Shown in pieces: positions 37,099-50,961 of a DNA stretch of 64,000 bases. Each line of letters opens with the position of its first letter. Position 1 is the stretch's first letter. Source of the DNA: Octopus vulgaris (taxonomy: Eukaryota); assembly GCA_951406725.2 (NCBI GenBank), contig OX597838.1:31248001-31312000 (forward strand). The letters run 5' to 3'. The notes below the pieces were generated by a model, which had not been told where the DNA came from, searched no databases, and was given only the letters and a program-made list of their open reading frames with translations. The position numbers were made by a program, and so were the translations under genes.

Positions 37099-37849
37099 CG
37101 TTAAAGGTATTTTTTAATATGCTGGCCATTGATAAGATTTTTTATGGAAAATAATTTTTTTCAAAAAAAATTTTATCCTACATTAAGATATATATATATA
37201 CACATACACACACACACAGACACACACATACTGTGTCACCTGTGAAAGAGGTTGCTTGAAATATCATCTCAACCAAGTCATCACAAAACAATGTCTGAAT
37301 CAAGCACTTCAAATTGATGGTAGTTTCTTCATTCTGCAAATTCTTGCTGAACAACCAGCACCAGTGGTTTGTTTATAGTGATCAACAAATATTTGTGCTG
37401 CACATAAGCTCACATGTCCCTGCATCACATCAACATCACCCATACATGTGCACGGTGTGCTATACATCACGTGCCAAACCAGCTGCAGAGCAACACGTGA
37501 TGAAGTGTTTTGCTCAAGAACACAACACACCTCCCAGTCCAGGAATCAAACCTATGATCTTGCAATCGTGGGTGTAACACTCTAACTACTAGGCCCTATG
37601 CCCTCATAAACAACACTTCAATACACCCATTCATTTTCCAGCAGTTTATGTACCCCACAACACACACAACTTCGAGAAATAAATTCCCAATTCTCTATAA
37701 ATTATCTCCCCTTTTCTGTGGAAGTATCTAACTGCTTCTAGGCTTATGTTTTAATTCATCTGGGAAGATTATTTCAATGAAATCCATGCCATTAGCCCAT
37801 TTGAGTACTTCCCCTATCTCATATTTTTAATTATGCAAAATATAGAGAG

Positions 37850-38062
37850 CAAAGGTTCCCAACATTTTTGCACTAGCGACCCTTTACCCAAAAGCTTGAA
37901 ACCCACACAACCCCACTACTATCAGCAGCTTGATTTACATTTTAATTAATTATTATTATCCTAAGTCACTTCTAGCAAGGCTACACGACCCCACCCCTCC
38001 TGCCACAGCTTCATGACACCACCACCCTCAGGGGGTCAGGAACCACCAGTTGGGAACCCCTG
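37850..38062. mobile_element. old hAT-type MITE
   Basis: caaaggttcccaac...gttgggaacccctg termini; 6/8 TSD match (atagagag/atgtagag). Confidence 0.6.
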
Positions 38063-38357
38063 ATGTAGAGGCTTAAAATTATTCATCCATCTTTCTATAA
38101 ATGTAAAAAAAATTATGTCAACAGATCAACAGGCTTAGTAAGACTGCACTGTGGACGGTAAGACCTAAACAGTCTAAAAACAGTTGTGCCCCTACCCTCC
38201 ACAACTCCTGCAAGCAAGGACCATGTCTTGAGCAATTAATTCCTAATTTCTTAAAATTTCCTCCCCATTTCCTTGAGAGTCATTAACAAATTGTTACTGG
38301 GCTTTTCTAATTGGTTTTTGCAAACTGAGGAAATTTCAATTAAATTTTTTTCCATAT

Positions 38358-38511
38358 AGGCGCAGGCATGGCTGTGTGGTAAGAAGTTTTGCTTACCAAC
38401 CACAAGGCTCTGGGTTCAATCACACTGCGGCAAATGTGCTCTACGATAAACTCAGGCCAACCAAAACCATGAGAGTGGATTTGGTAAGACAGAAACTGAA
38501 AGAAACCCAGT

Positions 38512-38546
<35 letters not shown>

Positions 38547-39015
38547 TGAGAGAGAGAGAGAGAGAGATAGAGAGACTGTCTGTCTGTCCCCCAACCCCAC
38601 TTGTCAACTAGTGTTGATGTGTTTAATCCTTTAGCATTTAAACCGGCCATATCCGGCCAAAAGTATTCTGCCTGTTTTATGTTCAAAATGGCCAGATCTG
38701 GTCTCTCACACCAACCCTACAATATCGTTTTAAAAATTAACAGCTACCTCATCAAAATCTCAAAGCTACAAGATTAATGCCTGATTAGTTCAAGGCAATG
38801 TGGATGAAAAAGCATTAATTTTGGTAGAATAAAGTGAACACTAAAGGGTTAAATCCCTGCAACTTAGCAGTTCAGCAAAAATGATTGACAGAATAAGTAC
38901 CAAGCTTTACAAAAAGTTAAATAAGTTTTGGGGTTGATTCGTTTGACTAAAACTCTTCGAGGCAGTGTCCCAGCATGGCTGCAGTCTAGTGGCCTGAGAC
39001 GAGCAAAAGATGAAG
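38358..39015 (+). mobile_element. family-B SINE interrupted by a piggyBac-type MITE (38627-38848)
   Basis: SINE halves flank TTAA|TCCTTTAG...CTAAAGGG|TTAA. Confidence 0.8.
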
Positions 39016-39587
39016 CATAACTTCAATTTTCACACACACACACACACAAACACTTTGTGTGAGAGAGCAAGAGTCTCTCTGTTTCCCAGTGTCCCAATTT
39101 CTCTATAACCCATTATTATACAATAACATCTCTCTCTCTCTCTCACTATCATTGCTGGTCATAATGTGAGTGATCGTAATACTTGCTTTCAAACCATGGG
39201 ATATCAGGATCAGTCCCACTGCATGCCACCTTGGACAAGTGTCTTTTAGTATATACCCTGAGCAAACTAAAGCCTACTGAGTGGAAACTGAGAAGAAACC
39301 CATTGAATGTACACAAGTGTGAGTGCACACTTGTCTCAACATCACATGGTGATTGCAAGCAAGTATCACTGTCATACAAGAGATGTTGCTTGTTTCCAGT
39401 CTCCCCTGCAGAATTTGTCTAGTCGTGGGCAATAGATTGTGTTGTTTGGAAACAGGTGGGAGTTGGTGACAGTTAGGGCCTTCAGCCAAAGCAGACAATG
39501 AAGCCTGGTGCAGACCCTGGCCTTATCAGCACCTCTCGAAGCATCCAACCCATGCCAGCATGGAAGGCAGATGTTAAATGATGATGA

Positions 39588-39817
39588 CGGCGAGCTGGCA
39601 GAATCGTTAGCACGCCAGGCGAAATGCGTAGCTGTATTTCGTCTGCCGTTACGTTCTGAGTTCAAATTCCACCGAGGTCGACTTTGCCTTTCATCCTTTC
39701 GGGGTCGATAAATTAAGTACCAGTTACTCACTGGGGTCGATGTAATCGACTTAATCCGTTTGTCTGTCCTTGTTTGTTCCCTCTGTGTTTAGCCCCTTGT
39801 GGGCAGTAAAGAAATAG
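39588..39817 (+). mobile_element. family-A SINE inserted in the (GAT)n tail of a family-D element
   Basis: Full-length copy; gatgatgacgg is duplicated on both sides. Confidence 0.88.
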
Positions 39818-39961
39818 ATGATGACGGTTTGTGTGTATGCCCCGCCCTCTCTCTCAATAGCAATTAAAACCATCTGAGGATGTCTTTCATGAATTTAGTC
39901 CCCTACAAAGAAGCTCAACAGTGACCAACCTACCCCCATCAAAATACTGTTGTCAATTATT

Positions 39962-40320
39962 ATTCTTTTACTTGTTTGTCTTTTGATTGGGGCCATGCTG
40001 GAGCACCACCTTTTAGTGGAAGAAATCAACCCCTGGGCTTATCCTTTGTAAATTTGGTACTTATTCTATTGGTCACTTCTGCCGAACTGCTAAGTTACAG
40101 GGACATAAACACACCAACATCTGTTGTCAAGTGACGAGGGGAGGGGTGGACAAACACAGACACAAAGACACACATAAATATATGACTGGCTTCTTTCAGT
40201 TTCCGTCTACCAAATCCACTCACTAGGCTTTGGTCGGCCCGAGGCTATATTAAACAACACTTGCCCAAGGTGCCATGCAGTGGGACTGAACCCAGAACCA
40301 AGTGCTTGGGAAGCAAGCTT
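39962..40320 (-). mobile_element. family-B SINE
   Basis: Colinear with 41634-42027. Confidence 0.82.
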
Positions 40321-40846
40321 AAGACTTAAGAGAAACATAAATAGTTTTTAAATAACTTCAAAAAAAAAAAAAAGAATAAAACAAAATGAATAAATGAGAT
40401 CTACTAATAACAAAACCTACAATAATCACAGATATGGGTGAGACACACTTAGCAACCAGCTTTTTCAAATAGTAAGAAAAAATCTAAATATATCAGGAAT
40501 ACCACAAGAGTACTACTTCCACAACTACAACAACAACAACTACAATAAATTCCCTATCTCTCAGCTAAATCAAAACACATTCACACATAAAAACAGCTGA
40601 ACAAAGTGTACTCTTTGTACGACTAATTTTCACCAAACCCTGTGAATAAATAAAAGCAGTTTGATTGCAAAGTATTGTACAGGTCTAATTTTCATAAACA
40701 ATTAACGTTGTTTGCCACCACACTAGTACAGAGTAGGGTGGGAAGCGACACATTTACAAAAACTTTCTATGTGAATAAATGCAGAAATACAAAAGCTGAC
40801 AAGAGGGCTGGAGCAACAATCACTAGGTCAGTTGCACAAGTACTTT

Positions 40847-40877
<31 letters not shown>

Positions 40878-40882
<5 letters not shown>

Positions 40883-41250
40883 ATATATAAACGGCAGTTT
40901 GTCTGTGCGTGTTTCTGTGTGTCTGTTTGCTTGTACCTTCACCCTGACCACGGCTTTCAACCGATTCTGATGAAACTTGACACACACATAGCCCAATGTC
41001 ATAATTCAAAACTAACGCAGCGAAAATTTTGAAAAGTTCCCCCAGTTCTGAAAAAAATCGATAAATTCGACATGGGGTCCAGAATCAGAAACACAAACTG
41101 TCTAGGGGACGTCACTCCACCTTTTTTAACTAAAAAAAAAATTACCATCATTTTTTTCCATTTTTTTGCTATTTTTGGGCTATAACTCTCTAAAAATGCT
41201 TTATAGTTATTTCCCTTACAAACCTGAGCAACGCCGGGCGATACTGCTAG
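40878..41250 (+). mobile_element. non-autonomous Helitron-like element
   Basis: 5' TC, internal gtct-rich tract, subterminal hairpin cctgagcaacgccggg and 3' CTAG; inserted between A and T of a (TA)n tract without a TSD. Confidence 0.78.
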
Positions 41251-41633
41251 TATATATATATATACAAACAATTCCAGAAACACTAAAGAGGAATTATGAA
41301 TCAGTAAAAGTTCAACCCACAAAATCACCATTTATTTTAACAACCTCTTTTCTATGCTTGCATGGGTCAGACAGAGTTTATAGAGACAGATTTTCTGAGG
41401 TTAGGTACCCTTCCTGTCACCAACCTTCACCCATTTCCAAACAAGGAAATGTTTACCTGTGGCCAGATACGTTTTCACAGAATATCAGAAATGAATGACA
41501 CTGCTTGTATGATAGTGACACTCATTTATGACCACCACGTAATGTCAAGGTAGAGAGACTTAAACACACACGTGGCAGGTTTCTTAGTTTCCCTCCACCA
41601 AAATCCACCTACAGGGCTTTGCTTTGGTCGACC

Positions 41634-42027
41634 TTACTCTTTTATTTGTTTCAGTCATTTGACTGCGGCCATGCTGGAGCACCGCCTTTAATCGAGCAAC
41701 TCGACCCCGGGACTTTTGTAAGCCCAGTACTTATTCTATCGGTCTCTTTTTGCCGAACCGCTAAGTAACAGGGACATAAACACACCAGCATCGGTTGTCA
41801 AGCAATGCTAGGAGGACAAACGCAGACACACAAACACACACACGCATACATATATACATATATATGACGGGCTTCTTTCAGTTTCCGTCTACTAAATCCA
41901 CTCACAAGGCTTTGGTCGGCCCGAGGCTATAGTAGAAAACACTTGCCCAAGGTGCCACGTAGTGGGACTGAACCCAGAACCATGTGGTTGGTAAGCAAGA
42001 TACTTACCACACAGTCACTCCTGCGCC
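41634..42027 (-). mobile_element. full-length tRNA-derived SINE, family B
   Basis: Head ggcgcaggagtgactgtgtggtaag...gggttcagtccc, ccttgggcaagtg core, internal microsatellite, tail ggcggtgctccagcatggccgcagtc...aaaagagtaa. Confidence 0.9.
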
Positions 42028-42893
42028 TTGTTTAGTAAAATCTAAATTCTAAAGCAGTCACCTACAGCTAGGTCCCTCACATCAAGAACAAATAAATGGT
42101 TATTCCATAAGATGTCAGTTAAAAAGACTAAAACAATAAACAACAAAGGCTGTCATATTTCTTTCCTGTCCATGCTTTCTCTCCAGAACTTCAATCTCAG
42201 CTTCAACCGAACTGACATCAGCAGTCTGGGAGCACTTTTGAACAGTGACAGGTCAAGTCTCTCCTTCTGCAGCTGTACTTAAAACCTAAACACATCAATA
42301 ACTATATTTTTCTTTGTTATTTTCCATTTCTTTTCCCTGTTTTCTCTCCTGGAGTATCAGTTCAAACTCCAAGTACCTTAGATGTAAAGGCTGCTGCTGC
42401 TGCTGTTGTTGCTATAGGTGTTGATTAATTATAGATATTGTTTAACCCTTGACCAATGCTAATCCAGCAGGCCTGTGACCAAAAGCAGTGATTGTCCCAA
42501 ATTTTATTCAAACGTATTACATCTGAGATTGCATTATCTCATGTGCACTTCTGCTTTTAAATACAATGAATCATGATTCAAAGGATATTTGACTGCCATT
42601 TCTAGCATACCAAGCGACAATAGAGCACCCCTTTTGCTGTCTCAGAGTCATGGCTGTGTGTACAGGTTATGTTTATTCGTATACACAGTATGATCACTAC
42701 TGAGTATACACAAAACTAATATAGCAATTGAGATTGCACCCAAATATATTCTAATTCCATCAAAGACAAATTATTAAAAAAAAACCTGAGCTAATGATGA
42801 GCTAACAGTAATTAAACAGTAATTATAATTCACAGTAGTTATAATAAAAGCACCAGGCTATTTAGTTTTGTTAATCTATATATTTTAGAGAAA

Positions 42894-43122
42894 AGGCGGC
42901 GAGCTGGCAGAGACGTTAGCAAGCCGGGCGAAGTGCTTCACGGTATTTCGCCTGTCGCTACGTTCCGAGTTCAAATTCCGCCGAGGTCGACTTTGCCTTT
43001 CATCCTTTCGGGGTCGATAAATTAAGTACCAGTTACGCACTGGGGCCGATGTAATCGACTTAATCCGTTTGTCTGTCCTTGTGTGTCCCCTCTATGTTTA
43101 GCCCCTTGTGGGTAGTAAAGAA
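42894..43122 (+). mobile_element. family-A SINE
   Basis: Full-length match to 45104-45333. Confidence 0.9.
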
Positions 43123-43492
43123 ACATATATATTTCAGAGTAATGAACTTTGAAGCACGTATGACCCCTAATTTATTTGTATCAGTAATATTTTGCTCATA
43201 TTCTAATCGTTTGCATTCTGTTCAGTCAACAGAAAATATTCAGTTCATTTACAAGACATGTTAGTCTTGCAAATGAATGAATTTGAAGTCCATCAGTTGT
43301 GTGTGCTCTCACGTGTGCATGCATGCAAATGCCACATGCACATCTGTGTCCATGTCTATTTGCTCTCTACAAAAGTCAGTCTCTTTGCACCAGTAAGAGA
43401 TCACCAATTTGCAAAATAGATAAAAGCTTAGTGACATGAGGACTAACTTGGCTGTAAAACTCTGCTTCTATAATATATATATATATATATAT

Positions 43493-43713
43493 ATTTCTTT
43501 ACTGCCCACAAGGGGCTAAACATAGAGGGGACAGACAAGGACAGACAAACGGATTAAGCCGATTACATCGACCCCAGTTGGAAACTGGTACTTTGTTTAT
43601 CGACCCCAAAAGGATGAAAGGCAAAGTCGACCTCGGCGGAATTTGAACTCAGAACGTAACGACAAACGAAATACGGCTACACATTTCGCCTTGCGCGCTA
43701 ACGTTTCTGCCAG
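43493..43713 (-). mobile_element. family-A SINE
   Basis: Reverse-complement copy. Confidence 0.9.
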
Positions 43714-45103
43714 GTAACCCAAGCTGGCATGGAAAAACGGGCATAAACCAATGATTAATAAAAAGCATAGGCAATAATAAAAACTGGTGAATTAAAAGTG
43801 ACCCTACAGCCATTACAGTGAAGGACCTTTAACAACACATTTTCTGAACAAGGAATATTTTCAGTTGTGAAGAGGGCAACACCCACCAACATCACTCCAC
43901 ACATAGAAGGAACACCTTAGTAAAATGGTCCCAAATGAAGAACGGGGCAACTACCAACATTATTGCTGCATAGAAGAAAGGACCTGCCTGCTGTCCCTCA
44001 AACATTGTGATGTGCTTGAATTAACGTATAACTACTAATAGCAAAGAAAGGTTAAAAAGAGAGAAAGTTCAATCACAGTCATGTTGTTAAGGTCCTTTTT
44101 GCAACACATATGGCTTCAGGTTCAATCCCACAGGCAAGAGCCTTCTACTATAGCTTCATGGAAACCAATAATACTTTGCAAGTGATTTTGTTTAGAGAGA
44201 AACTGTGTGGAAGCCCATTGTGTGCGCGCATGTGCGTCAGTACGTTTTCCCCCTCCACTACCACAATCACTTGACATCAGCTTACACCAAAAAGAGACTG
44301 GCAGATTAAGTACCAGACTGATGCATTCGAATCAATGTATTTGACAAAACCTTTCTAGACAGTGCCTAAGCACGGTTGCAATCCAACGCCTAAAACAAGG
44401 TTAAGCTGACAAAAATGCCAACCCTGAAGTACAATGGTAAACTGGGTACATGCTACATGCACAATCAGGTTATAGCTATCTGTAATCACAGGTTATCTTC
44501 ACTGTTGACAAATGTTGACAATGTAAAATACATTGTACTATAATTCAAGATAAACTGATAATACTAATGGGAACAGGTAATTTATTAATAATAAAGACAT
44601 TCATTAAAGCGTTATTCCTGGAATTGTGTGTGTGAATATAAGAATACTTTCTGAAGTAATCAATAAGTTTTTATTAAAAAATAAAAGACTCACACCCAGG
44701 TGTATTTCAGCTGTTGATTTATAAAGTTTACTGGTTCAGGCCCTGTGAGCCCTAAATTTAAATATAGGCTCCCTTATATAGCCACAAGGATACTGTATTG
44801 TTTAGTCCTAGCTCTAATCAAGCAGACACAATCAAAGACAATGAAACCATGACCACCCTGACTTTTATTCAAAAACCATCAACCAAATATGAGATTTCTA
44901 CTTATAGCCCTTTGCCTGAGCAAAGCATTTTCATAAGTTTGTCCTAAACATCCATATTTGCTTTCAGACTTCTAGTTAGCTCTTCTTTCGTGTGGTCTGA
45001 GTAATATAAAGCTTTCCTAAACCCAAAGATATACTGGTGGTCGAAAAAAATTAGGGATGTCTATCATATACGATGCATGGATACCAGGGTAAATATGATA
45101 CAA

Positions 45104-45333
45104 GGCGGCGAGCTGGCAGAAACGTTAGCAAGCCGGACGAAATGCTCAGCGGTATTTCGTCTGCATTACGTTGTGAGTTCAAATTCCGCCGAGATCGACT
45201 TTGCCTTTCATCCTTTCGGGGTCGATAAATTAAGTACCAGTTACGCACTGGGGTCGATGTAATCGACTTAATACCTATGTCTGTCCTTGTTTGTCCCCTC
45301 TGTGTTTAGCCCCTTGTGTGTAATAAAGAAATA
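45104..45333 (+). mobile_element. family-A SINE
   Basis: Full length; 16-bp TSD ggtaaatatgatacaa. Confidence 0.92.
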
Positions 45334-46597
45334 GGTAAATATGATACAAAGGATAGATAAAGGGAATAATAAGATTGTGTGAGTTGAAAGAGATGTAGTT
45401 GCTATTTCTAACAATTTGAACAACCACAGAAGTTCCCTTATTGGTTTGAGGTCACAATAGGACTGGCCTTAGTATCTCACATTAGCATTGGAGTAGGTTA
45501 CAGCATTTTTTTTTTGTTGTGCTCATAAACAAAAAAACAATGACTGGTAGCCACACTTGGCTTCAACTGTAAAACAGGTGCCACAGGTGTCACACCCAAC
45601 TCCACAACAAAAATGGGTGTAACAAAATTGACTGCTACAATTCGTAAGCAAATATATAATTTCTCCCTAACTCATCCAAGCTAGCAAAGGTAACTGAATT
45701 GAAACCAGTTTGATGTTTATTTGGAATAAAGGCTTTTATCTACAGAAATTTATTTTGGAGCAATATTAATTTTAAAACTGACTACCAACCATCAGTGTTA
45801 TTCCAGGTGGAATAATTTCAAAAGAAATGATAAATACAAGGAAATATATGGATTAACCTACTATAATACATTTAGCAAACACATTGTGTCATGCATTTTA
45901 ATTTTCAAAATTTCTAGTAATCATAAAAAGATTTAGTGAAATAGCTAACTTATAGAAGATTATGTTTTATACACTGAAATAATAATATTCTGTTTTTGTA
46001 TTTGGTTTGAAATATTCTTGAGGTGAACTTGTTGAAACAGATTATGCTGTATCTCAGGAGAGTCATTAAGCCAATAATAAACATATGCACACATCCAACC
46101 CATGCCAGCATGAAAAACAGACGTTTAATTATGATGAGGACAATGTGTTTTTATTATTGTCATGACTCTTACAACAAAATATCATCATCTTCATCATCTA
46201 TCGTGTAATAATAATATCCCAGCCATAGCTATGAAGAGAAATTCCAACATTCTAACATGCTAACAGAGATGGTTTCAGGTGAGTTGGCGCTGAATGAAAC
46301 TATTTAAAATTTTCAAAACGAGAGAGAAAAAGAGCATTTAGTATGTGGAATAATACCATTTAATTCCAAATTGATTAAGATAATAAGAGGAAAAAAACGC
46401 ATAATATTGTATTAATAACAATCCACAATAGATATGAGAAAGGTATCTATATAGCGGTTGCACTAGGAAGGACATCCAGCCATGCCAAATCAGACTGGAG
46501 ACTGGTGCAACCTTCCAGCTTACCAGCCCTGGTCAAACCATCCAATCCATGCCAGCATGGACAACGGACGTTAAATGATGATAATGATTCTGTATTA

Positions 46598-46729
46598 TAA
46601 GGTTGTCCCAAAAGTTCGTAAACACTTGCGAAAATTTGAATTTTTATGCAATTTTTGTTGTTTTTGTTAGTACTTGGCGAGTAAAAATTCAATTTTCGCA
46701 GGTGTTTACGAACTTTTGGGACAACCTAA
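46598..46729. mobile_element. mariner-type mini-MITE (132 bp)
   Basis: TA|TAAGGTTGTCCCAAAAGTTCGTAAACAC...GTGTTTACGAACTTTTGGGACAACCTAA|TA with ~48-bp TIRs. Confidence 0.88.
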
Positions 46730-46832
46730 TATATATGAGGTCCCTTCTCCCAAGTGAGTATTTGAGGCTGACTCAGTGAGTTCTGTTGACTTTTGGTTTT
46801 ACAAGAAAAGAAAAAAAACAGAAGGAGCTTAC

Positions 46833-47536
46833 CTTGCATTGATATGACATTGACAACATTGTCGACCAGCGACGTAGCAGCATTCATGATTAACTTATTA
46901 AACATTCTCTGTGCTATAGACGAAGGAAATGGAGCACAGAACTGTGTCAGCAACCACTCCAATATAACTTGTGGTACATCCTCAGGAGCTGTCACTGTTG
47001 CTGTTGTAGTACTGTCCTTGTTAAGTCCAGACTTTTGATAATCAATCACTGCTAGGCGCTTATTAGTATTTTGGTCATAGCGGTCATCTCTGATACCGGT
47101 AATATCAACTTCATCTTCATAGAAGAGTCCTGAGTTATGGCCATACATGCGGTTCATAATTGCACTAAAGCCGCAAGTGCAACGATTCATGTCTAAATTA
47201 TCTTCATCGTCTTTTACACGCATTGTACAAACACAAATATTGCAGCTATCAAAATTGTGGTCCTTGAAAATGTTAAGAGAGCTGTCGGCAAGGATGACGT
47301 TCACCAGCAAGCTGTGAACTTCAGTGAACGGGTGGTTTGTAACTTGATTGTCAACTGAACTCAAAGTCTTGTTCACATATGAAGAGGATGCATTAGACAT
47401 GGGAGACTGTTCATAACTCAAGGGTGTCTGCTGAGATACACTGCCGACTGTAAATGTAGCTGGCGAAGACTCAACGCCTGCATGCATTTTTGATAAGCTG
47501 GGAAGGTTTTCAATGGACGGGAGGTTGAGGTAATGA
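46833..47536 (-). CDS. MED13: MED13 704-nt exon (HYLNLPS...EVHSLLVNVILADSSLNIFKDHNFDSCNICVC...RCTCGFSAIMNR...SGLFYEDEVDI...ISMQ)
   Basis: Conserved E.HSL.VN.IL..S..N.FKD.NFDSC.ICVC, CTCGFSA.MNR and SGLF.EDE motifs; canonical sites. Confidence 0.96.
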
Positions 47537-49889
47537 CTGTGGAAAGAAAAACGAAAAAAGAAAATTAATATTAAGAAGAAAACTTAAGAAAACACAAACA
47601 ATAAAATACAATTTGTCATGTTTGAGAACAAGAAAAAAGTATCTGAAACGAGTTAATAATTTTGGGGATAATCGACAGAGACATAGGACTATCAGATAAA
47701 ATGCTGTCAGAGGATCACATTGAGTATCAGTCGTCAGAGCACCAGAATAAGATGCTTTTAGGTATTTGTTCTGGCACTTGGCATTCTGTATTCATATCCT
47801 GCCTTGGGGCCTATTTGATGAGTAGACTTACCTGGTTTAACACCCTCCTTGGGTACTTTGGGTATGTTTAGTGAAGCCCACTCTGGTGCAAGAAATCATG
47901 TCAGGTCTCGAGTTTGAGAATATCCTCTTCTTTCCTACAGTCCTAGACAAGGGAGCCTTGGAAAGTGGGGCTTAAACACTTCCTTCCCTCATTATTATGC
48001 ATCTGCAGTATCTGGTTGTCATCAGGTCTCTTCCTAGTCAATGTCTACGTCTTGGTGCCGGTACACCAAGATATGTTAAAATCCCTATCAGTGACCACAT
48101 AAAATATACTTACTGTTCGTACAAACAACTAACTAGAGCAGACATTTACTGAAAACTAAAACCTGTTTATATATCAGCTGTACCTTCAAATTTCTTGAAA
48201 ATACGGATTTAGGTAAAAAGAATGGGAGCTACAAATGTTATAGTTATCAACTAATTAGTTTTAGTTTACAAAACCAACCAATTCTAATTATGAAAGGTGA
48301 GATTTATAAATTAAACTGAAACCCCTAACACTACAAGAGTCTTTAATCTAAATAACAAATTACTGAGATGTAACTTTAATAAATAAATTCACAATAGACA
48401 TGTCAACTTAGTTAAAAATTCCCCCTTTCAGTTTGACAGCTGGTAAAAAAAAAATAATGGGAAGATTTGGGTCATGTTAAAAGGTTAAACTAACTGTTGC
48501 TTAAATTAGAATGGTGAACAAATAGATTTTTTAAAAAGTATTTAAAATGAAAACATACATAGTAGACCACATCTGAAGATCCAATGGATTGCTTAGCCAC
48601 ATACATACACTAACCTCTAAACCCCACAGATGTGCAATCTCTCCCTGCTTTCTCTCTCTCTTCCCTACTAATACCAATGCCTCCTTCCTCGCACAACTAA
48701 CTGCTCTTGTGTCACTTCCATTCACTCATTGCCTCTCCTCATCAATATTGTCACCTTCATCTCCCAGATAAATGCCCTAAACATATCAGGCCTGACAATT
48801 CTCCTTTGACACAAGAGGATTCTTAACAATATCCATCTCACAAGTCTCTGAGGGCCTGACAAAGCAATTAGTATGGCCCCTTCCTACTGACAAAACCATT
48901 ACTACTACTACTACTTCTGCTACTACTACTACTACTTAAAGTGGCAAGCAGACAGAATCATTCACATGCCAGGCAAAATGCTTAGCAGCATTTTGTTCAT
49001 CTTTCATTTTGAGCACAAATTCTGCCACGGTCGACTTTGCTTTTCATCCATTTGGGATCAATAAAATAAATACCAGTTGAGCACTGGGGTAGATGTGATT
49101 GGCGTTTACCCCACCTCCGAAACTACTACTACTACTTTAAAAAAAACACAAATGGTATTATTTTTCAAGAAGGAAATGACAGGAGAGGATATAACCTGTA
49201 GGACCAACACAGAACTCATAAACAGATTGGGACTGAGAGCTAAGTATTGATTTATAGGTTGCTTCTGTGTCAATTTGTGATCATCTTCATGTGTAACATA
49301 TTTATAAGCATGTCTTCAATCTAAACACATCGGGTCTAATATCTAAAAACACAATCAACTCTAAATACCTTTCATGATAAGATTATAATTTTTTCTGTGT
49401 TTATATCAACATTAAACAACACTCTGATCAGCATCAGATCTATTTCTTGATATCCCAAAAGTAGTTTGGAAAATTATAATCCTCTGAAAACAACCCTCTC
49501 AAACAGTTATTACACAAGAGTGATAACTGCATTGATATAAAGATATAACATGCAGAGGACTTATCGTCATCGTTTAACGTCTGCTTTCCATGCTAGCATG
49601 GGTTGGACGGTTCAACTGGGGTCTAGGAAGCCCGAAGGCTGCACCAGGCCAGTCAGATCTGGCAGTGTTTCTACAGCTGGATGCCCTTCCTAACGCCAAC
49701 CACTCCGAGAGTGTAGTGGGTGATTTTATGTGCCACCGACACTTAGGAAATAATAATTCATAGCAGATCTTATAATGTTGATACTGGATCTGATAATGTT
49801 GAACTTTTGTAGACGACTAACCCTTATGCAGAAATGTTCTACAGGAGGATGTTGGTGCGGAACAGGAATTAAAACAATGACAAAGATTA

Positions 49890-50330
49890 TTATCGCAGCA
49901 CGGAAGACGCTTATTCATAAAGCAGTTAGCTTCACTTACACATTTGTTATTTGGTGTCGGAATTTTCATTGCACCAACTGCAACTGTTCCCCTGCAGTGG
50001 AACCTATTTCTTTACTACCCACAAGGGGCTAAACAAAGATAGGACAAACAAGGACGGACAAACGGATTAAGTCGATCATATCGACCCCAGTACGTAACTG
50101 GTACTTATTTAATCGACCCCGAAAGGATGAAAGGCAAAGTCGACCTCGGCGGAATTTGAACTCAGAACGTAGCAACAGATGAAATACTGATGAGCATTTC
50201 GCCCGACGTGGAACCGTGGATGAACATTTCGCCTGCAGTGGAACCGTGTCACTTACCAAGTGACAACAAAAGTTTTGACACCAAATCACGTTTCAGTGAA
50301 GCTAACAGTCTTATGCATGTGTTTTTGAGT
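49890..50330. mobile_element. old palindromic MITE split by a family-A SINE (50005-50231, minus)
   Basis: Arms gttagcttcact...atttggtgtc and gacaccaaat...agtgaagctaac; SINE TSD cctgcagtggaacc. Confidence 0.7.
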
Positions 50331-50961
50331 GACTCTAGATAAGTGACTTCCATGCTGCTTTAGCTTCAACACATGCATCTCAGATCAAATCCCTTAAATG
50401 GTAAGTACATTTACCAAGATTTTTATGAAATCTCAAAACCATCTCCCACAATCACTCACTACAGCTATGTCCTTCCCCATCTCCTCTCATATTCTTATGG
50501 AACATCCCCTTCTATCCCCTTTGTACTGCTTATACTCACTCCACCCACCCACTGTTCCTTGTAGATAGGCCCTAATTCATCACCAACATCATCTATTTTC
50601 TCCCTCCTTCTCTTGTTTTGACTGTCTCTATTTTCTCTCTCTCTCCTTTCTCTCCTGGGGGGGTCACCTAATCACCCATTCTACTGTAAGGCAATTATCT
50701 CTGTCCCTCTATTCTACTTCAACTTCTCAACTGGCTCACAGCCACTTGCCTCAGTTCCATTCCCACTTTCACATCAGAAGCTACTTGGTGACCCCATTGG
50801 TGCCATATACAAAGCAATCAGTACATTTTGTAAAGTGATTGGCATCAGGAAGGACATCAAACCATTGAAACCATCTTTTTTTTTTTATGATAGTTTTGCC
50901 TGGTTGTAATTAAGTATTTTTTTTCTCTCCCACAATGAGTAAAAACAAAAGAGTCTCATAC

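Noticed and set aside
44694-44751. cryptic 58-nt poison exon with a GTGAGT donor
   Set aside because: The acceptor lacks a pyrimidine tract; this level of match is expected by chance in a 14-kb intron.
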